Below are positions 26,901 to 36,646 of a DNA stretch of 64,000 nucleotides, piece by piece; positions within the stretch are counted from its first letter, which is position 1; each line of letters opens with the position of its first letter. A program made the position numbers and the translations under genes. Source of the DNA: Hormiphora californensis (lineage: Eukaryota; Animalia; Ctenophora); NCBI GenBank assembly GCA_020137815.1, contig CM035358.1:2108001-2172000 (forward strand), in the 5' to 3' direction. Below the pieces are notes generated by a model. The model ran no database searches and was not told the DNA's origin. It saw only the letters and a list, made by a program, of their open reading frames with translations.

Positions 26901-29900
26901 CAGGTATACAAGCAGAAGGTAAAGCACCTGCTGTACGAGCATCAAAACAACATCACCGAGCTAAAAGCAGACAGCACCCTGACTCTGAAATTGGAACAAG
27001 ACGAGCACCGGGGTAATGAGGGTGATCTGAGGAAAGACAAGAGGAGCTTGAAGATCCAGTTGAAGGAACTGGAACTGAGTCATGAGGATGTGATCAAGAA
27101 CTTGAAAAAGGTAAGGGAGAGTATAGTTTGTTAGAGATTTGAACAAGCTAGCGATATGATTGGTCAACCTGTTGGGATCCCAATCATTTCTTTGCCTTGC
27201 CCTATCTCTTTCTCCCTCCTCTACATATCCATCTATAATGTCTGTATTTTGTTTCTCAGTTCTCTCTGTCTCCCATCATCTCATTTTGATTGATTATATC
27301 ACATATCACTAACTCATTATCTTACTTTTATAACTCTTAGAAAACTAGCTCAAGATGTATCCAATAATATAGTTCTAGAATGATATCATTTTCTTCCTCC
27401 AGCAACACGATGAGGCCATCACAGCCCTGCGGCAAGATAGTGAGAGGCATGCTAAGGAGCTTCAAGCTAAGTACGAAAAGAAAATGAAAGTCCTAAGGGA
27501 GGAGTTGGAACTCAGAAGGAAGACTGAGATTCATGAAATTGAAGAGGTTCGTGATCAACAAATTGTGAACACTCTGTCAGAACATTGGCCTCACCATATT
27601 CTCAGAAGTCAGAACCGCGGTCAGAGCATTGACTGAACTTAAAATTGAAATTGTGACCCTAATGAATTATTCTAACCCGCACTCTAACCACAATCAGAGG
27701 AAGAACGGTCAGATCAATACGCTGATGAAGAACCACGAGAAAGCGTTCAGTGATATCAAGAATTACTACAATGACATCACCCTTAACAACCTCGCACTAA
27801 TTAACTCCCTCAAGGTAATTTGCTAATTAACTCCTTCTAAGAGTCTGGGTCTCAAGGTGGGCCTCAGAAAGAAGGGCACCTAAATGGGTTAAATGGTTGT
27901 CTGGGAATGGTCTTTCTTTGTTACTCATCAAGTCCCTCTAGACTATAATACCAACATCCATTATGCATAGAAAAGAAAGGTTTAGCTGGCTGGGGATGGG
28001 ATAAGTTTATAAACATTTTGTATCGATATACAAGGGATAGGGAACCTGAATAAAATATGGATAAGGTTGTAGCATTTTACAAGAAGTACACTCGTTAGAC
28101 AAGAGAAAGATCTTGTGCAACCGCTTATACAAAGGATCACTCCTCACTGATATAATTGTGAGGCCAACTGTATTTGTCTCATGGGAACGTTTTGTGCAAT
28201 GTGACAGGCCTAATTCATAGGATATATGCCAACCGACACGTACACTAGACAATGTAGACATAGTATAACTATGTAACTATGTAACATTATGTAACATTAT
28301 GTAACATTATGTCTAGTAGATAATTCTTCCTACTAATCTACTTAACACACTCTTGGCTCAAAATGATTCCAATTTCAGGAACAAGTTGAGGACATGAAGA
28401 AGAAGGAGGAGAGGAGCGAGAAACAGATGTCCGAAATTCAGGCTGAGAACAAACGGCTGAAAGAGCCTTTGGAGAAGGCCAAGGCTGAGGTTTCAGAGCT
28501 TAAGAAACAGCTGGCGAACTACCAGAAGGACAAGCAAAGTCTGCAGGTGAGAGTGTTTTTATGACACACCTTTGTGTTTAGAGAGGGACTAGCAATGAGT
28601 TGCAGGGGTGTTACAGTAATGGCGTCAAACAAACTATGCTACAACTATTGTTCGTATCCTAAATATGGCAAAATCCTTATGAATATTCTTAAAGTAAGCT
28701 GCAAGTTTAGCACCCGCTCTAAAAACTCTCGGTTTTCCTGTTGCTCTCTTTTTCTTAGTTAGAATTGTGCCTTTATCTGTAACACAAACAGGCGTTTGTA
28801 CTCCCTCTCGCTCTCCCTTTACAATTGTTCTAAAAGTTTCTCGGAGAGGGCGAGCTAATAATAACGATAAAATCATTTAGAAATAACGTTTGGAAAAAGC
28901 ATGACTCTGGGTTTGATAATTTATTTTCACATAGAGATATTCTATTCAAGAAAGTCACACCATAGTCCATTGTCCCAGAATATAATGGGCCTTCTAAGAT
29001 AATTTGATAGGTCTCCTTGCATTTCGGGTTGGCGCCAATTTCAAGGGTCTCTCCGCACACCAAGAAACATTTCCTAACTGTATAGATACGCTGCAGGCCT
29101 CTACTGAGTTGAAAATTAAAATAAATGCCCTCTTTTGCACCATTTAACAACTGCCCCCATTTTCAGAGCGCCAAGGCCCGATTGAAGGTACAGGAGCAAG
29201 ATCTCAAGGCACTCAATTGGGAGCATGAAGTTTTGGAGCAGCGTTTCAAACAGGTATGTGCCACGTGCAGGAATACATTTTTGGGATGATAATTGTAAGT
29301 GATATACTTTGGTAGCACCTACAGAACTTTTAGCTACGAACGGGAAAGGGAGAGCTCAAATGATCAGAGCACTTTAGCTTTAGTTGCACTGTTAGAGAAA
29401 TGTGCTGTTATTTTTCCTCCCGGAGAGAGAAAGGTTTATTCGCGAACAAAAGTCAGGTGACTGAGAGTAAAAACAATATACGATCTCTCCAATCCTAATC
29501 CCCACTCTCTCACCGAGTTAGCTTACAAAGAATCGAATGTATTCTTTTACCTGTCTCGCCCATGTTTAGGTAAAACTGAGGGAGAGCAATACCATCAGCA
29601 TCGCCTGGTTTTTTTCTAACCCAATGAAATTAAAAACTATGGGTGGTGCAGCAGTACTGCTACCACACGCGCCTGAAGCCTTGTCACCTCCCATACGCAA
29701 GGTCATTAGGTCAATTGGGTTCAAATTATATCGAATGTCAATCATTTCTGAATAACAACATTTCCAAAAACAGGTACAACAGGAGAGAGATGACCTGTAC
29801 AGCAAGTTTGTCAGTGCCATACACGAGGTACAACAAAAGGTCGGTTTCAAGAATCTCCTCCTAGAAAAGAAGCTATTGGCACTAGCGGACGTGCTTGAAA

Positions 29901-30790
29901 AGAAGGAGGCTCAGCTCAATGAGGTTTGTCACTCAGTGGCAGGCTTGTTTCGGGATGGCCAAGATTGCCACAAAACCGAGTATTTAGCATTAGCTGCAGC
30001 TCATTAAATTCTTGGATAGTAACTGTGATACGTACCGATCAGATTGCTTTAGTAACTCCATTATAATGACCATGAAACGTTTACGATCCGATATTCAGTA
30101 TTCCGTGGTTTGACCAACATTCATAGATCAATCCTAGGAGAGTGTATTTACATAAGAGCATGCATAATGATAAACCTGCCCTAACCCCATCTCTCTCGCT
30201 GCAGGTTCTGTCAGCAAGCAACTTGGACGCCACTGCCCTGACGGTAGTCACCCGAAAGCTCGAGGATGTTCTGGACAGCAAGAACAGTGCCATAAAGGAT
30301 CTACAGTATGAATTGGCTCGAGTCTGCAAGGTAACTAAACTGTATGTACTGGGTAATATCATACATTTGGTTACCCACTTACCCATCTCTCTCATTACTC
30401 TCGGGCAGTAAATGGGTAACCAAACTGTAGAATGGACCCCATATTTTCTTAATGAGGGGGCGAGTAGTTGGCGTTATGAACCCGAGCCTATTCAATTCTG
30501 AGCGAAAGTAACAACCATACAATAATGATATTATATCTGTGGCAGACACTGTATATATCTGAGACAGGGATAGAGCAGCTTGTGACATATTGATATATTA
30601 AGTGATTAGTGTAACAAAGTTATTGACCTCCCCTCTCCAGGCACATAACGATCTGATGAGAACGTACGAGGCAAAGTTAAACATGTTCGGAATACCAACA
30701 GAAGAGCTGGGATTCCGGCCACTTGAGAGCACAGTCGGAGGACAGCCCCTGGGACAGGGACCTGCTGGTCTTGTTGCTGCACCCAACTAA
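20466..30790 (+). CDS. GAS8: Growth arrest-specific 8 / dynein regulatory complex subunit 4; 10 exons: 20466-20601, 24625-24791, 26904-27110, 27403-27546, 27698-27814, 28379-28546, 29167-29253, 29774-29923, 30205-30330, 30641-30790
   Basis: MAKKGKKKK...[12 protein letters not shown]; [23 protein letters not shown]; [16 protein letters not shown]; [23 protein letters not shown]; C-terminal FGIP.EELGF.PL...GQGPAGLV. All introns are GT-AG with consistent phases. Confidence 0.97.
20713..21546 (-). CDS. ELOVL6: Fatty acid elongase (ELOVL3/6-type), intronless, nested in GAS8 intron 1
   Basis: [18 protein letters not shown] histidine box, [21 protein letters not shown]-terminal lysine-rich ER-retention-like tail. 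The subfamily assignment is tentative. Confidence 0.88.
   Translation of the reverse strand: MPSFVTTEHTIFTPIFWERSLTPELLNRCTVFIYERINWTYLICAVYVILIHGIQWWMRDREPLKLRKPLIVWNVILAVFSTWGSSRITYHLVSGVWTEGFSGYFMCGFMEKDMLMALWKRLFGLSKIIELGDTLFIVLRKSKLSFLHWYHHVTVLLFTLNLSEYVTQTELPTNVGNWYSGVNFAVHALMYTYYAIRAMGWRVWRPLAMALTSLQITQMVGGLVAGIYVPWWMCGRKLTSIPMICTLVMYASYFVLFCHYFVKAYFGKKTKKVEKAE
21686..23032 (-). CDS. Rhodopsin-class 7TM GPCR, intronless, nested in GAS8 intron 1 (true start possibly ATG at 23017)
   Basis: Seven hydrophobic segments; GN in TM1, D in TM2, SVSRT in place of DRY, FNIP in TM6, [10 protein letters not shown] in TM7. Confidence 0.9.
   Translation of the reverse strand: MHSCSMTNSSDYGEPIETLDISFGVIYTFCAVFGLIGNITAFQYFRARKKRDIASHLYTAISVNDCAVCIMTFFQIPVMFSERDAALFSPEAACAIWMNIFQLLTRNSIMLTGILSVSRTRSLLWPLHFISKRRTFIFAGLYSGMILLETAIPTALSLQVGIYDVSGAMCWLIPNTNNGTSFAKTWDYIDNFIDCVALALPIIPVSISCLISVYKVAHENTELAGSNGDNTSVKRVKIGAKMKKHATVTIIIMTCIYFVFNIPLFIAYILWGITMAKYIYPGPYFSQTLVYWYFWNFTEVLSVSLNSFCNPCVYFFRIKQFRNFAQRLGRRTPSAGDSDVFECVAENSNKIRFELGIVVSEPASIGDTSIVRHRRTTLDSTVCIDITTKTFGRRVPGRSSVVMMKSLREETEVDFVSTPPPPPPAVLSQLNKEGEHVDSRGSRRSHSI
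23615..23819. mobile_element. Palindromic MITE-like element
   Basis: Imperfect inverted arms of about 85 bp: agacacactga.gttggtcg...gaaacacactgaagtttcgcg and cgcgaaacttcagtgtgtttc...cgaccaacttcagtgtgtct. Confidence 0.65.
25117..25575. repeat. 126-bp tandem repeat (about 3.6 copies) in GAS8 intron 2, probably internal to a DNA element
   Basis: The unit start tatctggtagc recurs at 25117, 25243, 25369 and 25495. Confidence 0.9.
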
Positions 30791-31236
30791 ACAACTCATC
30801 GTGTTACACGTAATAGTGGCAATGGACAGTGATATGAAATTGTTTTGAATGCAGGCCGTTTTGTGTAAATATTTCCTGAAAGGCCGGAGAGTGAGAAACA
30901 AGACATGCGATTAAGTTTACGAATTGAGCGGTGTTGAATTTGCTGCAAACTTGTGAAATTGTACAGTTCCTTTATATGTTTCTGAGTCAGAGAATACCGC
31001 TTTTACAATTTTATAATGCACCGGCAACGACAAATGACACCTATATGGCAGAACCCACTTTGTGTTCACATCCGAGAACCACGCAATTTAGCGCGACAAA
31101 CAGAACCTGAACAGTCTTGTCGCGCGGCTTATGTTTTGCGCGTCCTAAATTTTTGCAGCGCGCGCTCGATTTTATTTTGCTGAAATTAAAATCTCCAGTT
31201 CTGAAAAAAAGTTCCGAAGATTTTTGAAAATCGCGC

Positions 31237-31458
31237 AAGTCGGATTTTTTGAAACTGTCACCCCCCTGGGTATTTTCAAATTTCGTAAATGACCATAAAT
31301 CCGGTTCCTGACGAGATAGAGACTTGAAATTTGGAGGTTACGAAGATCTTGCTAAGTTCTTCCGAACCTCCAAATTTCAAGTCTCTATCTTATCAGGAAC
31401 CGGAGATATGGCAAATTTTGTTATTTCAGGGGGGTGACAGTTTCAAAAAATCCGACTT
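31237..31458. mobile_element. Palindromic MITE-like element upstream of NUP43
   Basis: aagtcggatttttgaaactgtcaccccc ... gggggtgacagtttcaaaaaatccgactt; inner arms agatagagacttgaaatttggaggtt / aacctccaaatttcaagtctctatct. Confidence 0.75.
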
Positions 31459-31882
31459 TAATTTTTTATAAAACTTAAAATCAAGTTAGGTCGCCCAACG
31501 CTTCTTGAAACTGCTGCATTATCTGAGATGAGGGGCCTGTGGCATATGGGAACGTTGCTCCCATCGAACCCTGCCGGGACATTCTGCCATGAGCCCTGAG
31601 CTGCTCGCGGGGGATCCAGCACGCCGGAAGGTCACGCCCCGGCGGCTTGCCACCTCTATCATATTGGACATTGGTTTAAGTTGTAAGATGGCAGATGCTC
31701 AGTGCCCGTATTACGTAATGCTTCTTAACTGATATGTACCCCGAGTCAGTTAAAAAATGCAAACTAAGAGCCGGTACGGAGATTCCGTGAATGGAATTCA
31801 CGTGATGCGAGAGATAGGATAACAAATGCAATAATTTGATGTCTTTTATTTTCATTTCTCATTCTCTTCTCTAGCTTACAAA

Positions 31883-34800
31883 ATGTCGAGCAAGTTCATC
31901 GGAGAAACAATTGTGTGTGTGAGGTGGCGACCTCCAGCCAACACTGTCCTTGGTAGCACAGATCAGTGCCTCACAGGTAAGTGTATATAACTCCATATAT
32001 GGGCATCACGTGACAATTTTTTGAATTTCATGGGAATGGCATGAATCAGAAGAACAAGAAGCGATCGCTTGAGAAACATCTTCAGGAAAGGCCACAACGA
32101 AATTAATACATGTCGATTTAGTCAGTTTGTTAGAGATGTTTACACGTGCCGCTCCTTCCCACGTTATGAAAAACGATCCACGTTTCCCGGAAGGATGATA
32201 ACACGAAGCACATGACACATTGTGTCAATTACGAAATAACTCTCCATCTAGCAGCAGTCTTTCTAACACTGCTGCCTCGTGTCTAGTCCAGTTAATCACT
32301 TATGATCACGGACCGTTTCAACGTAGCCCACGTACCTAGCAATGAAATCAATGCTGTGCGCTGCGAGATCGTGAATGTATGATAGAAACATCTAAAATCA
32401 TCTAAAACATCCTAAATTGCTAGGTAGTGTTTATACTAAATCTCCCCTCCCAGTGAGTCACAGCAGTACAGCCCAGTCAGTGTCCCTGTGGGAATGCAAT
32501 AAGGAGAAGATAAAGAGGGTTGCAGTGTCGTGTTTGAATGAGAAACCATCCTCCCTGGGTATGGTGAACAGCAAAACCTTTGTTGTCGGCTATGAAGATA
32601 GCTGTGATAGCGCTTTACAGGTTTGTTGATATTTATCCTAATTATGGTCTCTTGTTTTCATTTTTCACAACTCTCAATTGTTATTGTTTCTCTCTAATTA
32701 GTAATTAGCTGTTACATTCTGTAATTAGAGACTAGAAACTAAATCTCAAACACACCCTTGTCTCACCAGTATAATGCTCCCTCTGGGTGCCTCAATTCAC
32801 AACACCCCCGTTTACAGGTGTGGGCTATTGGACCAAGTAACCAACTAACAAGACTAACCGAACTAAAAACACCAAATCGGAAAACTACACAAATATCAAC
32901 ATCTGAGAAACTTGTAGCTTCTGTCGGGGAAGAAGGACATCTACAGGTAGTCTACATTCGAAGTCTACCGTGTGCGGCAAAAAAAAAGCCCCCCCCCCCT
33001 AGACCACCATAGTTGCCGATGTGGTGGAGAGCTGTAACTTGGCAGGGTTGCTCCACTATGTCTATCTTGATCCTGACAGAAAAATCAGAGCTCTAGCTCA
33101 AAATTCATTTTTTTGATAGGAATGAACATTGTCATTCATTCCAAGAAAAAAATATTTTCGGTCCAGAATTCAAGCAATTATCTTTGGCCATCGATTAGCT
33201 TTCCAATGTGACCAAGATCATCTAAATTGGGCAACCACAAGAGACACAGTGTCATGTTTCTTAAAGTTAGTCAGGTCATGTGATCTTCACCGAATCGTTG
33301 AGTGTTCAGTATTACGAATCGGTCTAAGTGGTAGAGAATCACGTATCACGGCTACTAATGAAGGATGACGATGCTGATTGGTCATGAGATCTGTAGCTCT
33401 TTGATAAATGTCCTCTTTCCTCGAATCACATTACCCTGTATTGGTACACATACCTCATTAGCGGCCGTGATACGAGATTCCTCTGCCCATTGGCTCGATT
33501 AGCAATCCCGGATAATCAACGATTCGGTGAAGATCACATGACCTGACTAACTTTAAGAAACATGACACTGTGTCTCTTGTGGTTGCCCAATTTAGATGAT
33601 CTTGGTCACATTGGAAAGCTAATCGATGGCCAAAGATAATTGCTTGAATTCTGGACCGAAAATATTTTTTTCTTGGAATGAATGACAATGTTCATTCCTA
33701 TCAAAAAAATGAATTTTGAGCTAGAGCTCTGATTTTTCTGTCAGGATCAAGATAGACATAGTGGAGCAACCCTGCCAAGTTACAGCTCTCCACCACATCG
33801 GCAACTATGGTGGTCTAGGGGGGGGGGGCTTTTTTTTGCCGCACACGGTATAACACGTCAATAATGGTCTTCAGATACTTTCCAAATCATCCTCATCTCT
33901 CTAGCTCTCCGTCTTTCTCTTTCTCCCTCCCCTGTCTCCCTCCCTCTAGCTCTTTCTCTATCACCCTCTGCCTCCCCTCCCTCCCTCGCTCTAGCTCTTC
34001 TCTTCTACTCAAAAGTTAAATAAAGAAACTCCACATCAGTTAGAAAGTATGGGATCTCGGACAATTGTCGTATTCCCATAATTTCGAGATCCCATACCTT
34101 TTCTCTCCAATGTGTATGGGATCTCGAAAGTATCACCTCTAGCTCCTCTCTCTCTCTCCCTCAGCTCCATCCCCTCCCTCCCTCTAACATCATCCCCTCT
34201 CTCCCTGGCCCTCCCTCTAGCTCCCTCCCTCCTAGGTGCACACAATCCAGGGTGGCAGACCTGTCTACGCTGCCAAGGCGGGAATGTGTCTGAACGCGTG
34301 TACCCAGTACCTAGGACACAGTATCCTAGTTGGAAGTTCTGCAGGGCAGCTGCACTGTTATGATACCCGGTCTACAGACGCTGCACCTGCATCTACCATG
34401 TCCAGTGATCTGGTGAGTACACCTGCATCTACCATGTCCAGTGATCTGGTGAGTACACCTGCATCTACCATGTCCAGTGATCTGGTGAGTACACCTGCAT
34501 CTACCATGTCCAGTGATCTGGTGAGTACACCTGCATCTACCATGTCCAGTGATCTGGTGAGTACACCTGCATCTACCATGTCCAGTGATCTGGTGAGTAC
34601 ACCTGCATCTACCATGTCCAGTGATCTGGTGAGTACACCTGCATCTACCATGTCCAGTGATCTGGTGAGTACACCTGCATCTACCATGTCCAGTGATGTG
34701 ATGAGTACACCTGCATCTACCATGTCCAGTGATGTGGTGAGTACACCTGCATCTACCATGTCCAGTGATCTGGTGAGTACACCTGCATCTACCATGTCCA

Positions 34801-36333
34801 GTGATCTGGTGAGTACACCTGCATCTACCATGTCCAGTGATCTGGTGAGTACACCTGCATCTACCATGTCCAGTGATCTGGTGAGTACACCTGCATCTAC
34901 CATGTCCAGTGATCTGGTGAGTACACCTGCATCAACCATGTCCAGTGATCTGGTGAGTACACCTGCATCTACCATGTCCAGTGATCTGGTGAGTACACCT
35001 GCATCTACCATGTCCAGTGATCTGGTGAGTACACCTGTATCTACCATGTCCAGTGATCTGGTGAGTACACCTGCATCTACCATGTCCAGTGATCTGGTGA
35101 GTACACCTGCATCTACCATGTCCAGTGATCTGGTGAGTACACCTGCATCTACCATGTCCAGTGATCTGGTGAGTGGGTTATTTAAAACCTTGATAATATT
35201 GTATTCCACCCACGTCCCACATTTCGCCTGTGGTCGGTATGAGGCATAATAATAGCTCCAATCCTAGGTGTCAATATTGGGGATAGCAGTTCACTCGACC
35301 CAGCCAACTATAGTCGCGAACTCCCGCTCTGATGGCAGCATCTTAATCTGGGACTTACGCAGTGGATCTTTTCCTCTTGCAACTTTTGCAGGTTCAAAAC
35401 TGATAATCTATTTCATCATGTACAGATCTCTTGCATTGTTCGACCCTCTCTCTCCGCGAGATCTGTATAATATAATCATAATAGTATAAGTTTTTTTTTT
35501 GTTTCCACTGTCCTTACGTTCATCTAATCCACTGCCACAGGTCACGCCAGTGCAATTTGGGAGGTCCAGTTTGAGAGTGAGAAGTCAGATAACCTGTATA
35601 CGGCATCACAAGATGGCCAGCTACTGCTATGGAATGGAGCCGCTCTAAGTGGTTAGTGGGGGAGGGTTTAGTGGTTAGTTGGGGTTTGTAGTGGTTCAGT
35701 AACGATCCATCATCTGTGAAGTGAGAGGTTATTTCGTATCCAAGTGTTTAGTGGGCCCGGTTAGGGTACATATTTGTATTTGGTATTGAAAACAAACGAT
35801 TTATGTATCGTTTTGATGCATACTATACATCCCCAATAATAATATGGATCTCACATCACCAAGTGCACTCATGTCACGCTATACTTAACCCTCTCTCTCT
35901 CACCACACAACAACTCTACATTTCTCGTGTCACTCACATCACATGTAATTGCACGAGATCTGCTGTTGACTGTTTTCAATCTTAGGCAGTCAAATACTTA
36001 GTTGTGTTCTTCTACTCACTATACTGTCAGTATTGTCTTTACTTTTGTTGTTGTGTCCTTTTTCTGTTAGGCCATATCTTACAGTTCCTGCACACCATGT
36101 TTATCTATCTACCAGAATCCTCCCTATCAGGTGTTGGAGGTCTTCTAGGAGGGGGAGGAAAGGTATCTCCCTGGCTAACCCCCGAGATATCACACCAGAA
36201 AATGGATGTATACAATCTTCTTGGTTCGGATAATAAGCTCTCCGTGAACAGTTTCGATGTCTCAAAATCGGGTCGAGTCGTGTGCGGGGGTGAGCGACAG
36301 ACTCTATTTTGTGTGGAGGGATGTGAGGATTAG
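31883..36333 (+). CDS. NUP43: Nucleoporin Nup43 (WD40); exons 31883-31976, 32454-32620, 32818-32946, 34236-34412 (first donor), 35268-35391, 35541-35651, 36116-36333
   Basis: N-terminal KF....I..VRWRP, H.TQPTIVA....DGSILIWDLR, H...IWEVQF.....NLYTASQDG.L..W, SVNSFDV...VVCGGE all match the Nup43 pattern. Phases are consistent. Confidence 0.85.
32968..33848. mobile_element. Tc1/mariner-pogo-type non-autonomous element with about 335-bp near-perfect TIRs and TA target duplication, in NUP43 intron 3
   Basis: TA|CCGTGTGCGGCAAAA...TTTTGCCGCACACGG|TA. The mirror ORFs 33129..33368(+) and 33458..33688(-) share an identical N-terminal peptide. Confidence 0.92.
34384..35174 (+). repeat. 36-bp minisatellite (22 copies) made of the NUP43 exon-4 end plus splice donor
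   Basis: Unit acacctgcatctaccatgtccagtgatctg|gtgagt; donor positions run from 34413 to 35169 at 36-nt spacing. Confidence 0.95.
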
Positions 36334-36419
36334 AGACATTGTTTAGTAGATACTGGGTGCTTCAAAAAGTTAAGTGCTGGACAGCGCTGTGTGCCAAATT
36401 TGGGTAGAGTCAATTGGGG

Positions 36420-36433
36420 TTTTGGCGCCAAAA
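36420..36433. promoter_or_regulatory. Palindromic E2F-type site upstream of CDAN1
   Basis: TTTTGGCGCCAAAA, with nearby TTTGTGCGCG motifs, lies about 215 nt before the ATG. Confidence 0.6.
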
Positions 36434-36646
36434 GGGAAATGTATGCCGGGCGCGGAGGTGGTTGAGTTGACTTTTGTGCGCGGGGGTCTACTCATCTTTG
36501 TGCGCGCGTGGTAACTGGAGAGCGAGGAGAGATGACTTTGATTTTGACAAAGTTTTGTGACTTTTTGACTGGTTTTAATAAGTTTGACAACCAATTAACA
36601 CGTTATTTTAATTATTCCCTTTTCTAACCACCCCTCCTTTAGTAGG

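Noticed and set aside
31625-31810. RNase P-like GGAAGGTC motif with a complementary CGTGAT downstream
   Set aside because: Other conserved regions and spacing do not fit; kept only as an unassigned structured segment.
33129-33688. Two ORFs with identical N-termini on opposite strands
   Set aside because: Mirror translations of the MITE's long TIRs.
34358-35209. 283-aa minus-strand ORF (VLTRSLDMVDAG)n
   Set aside because: Antisense reading of the 36-bp donor array.
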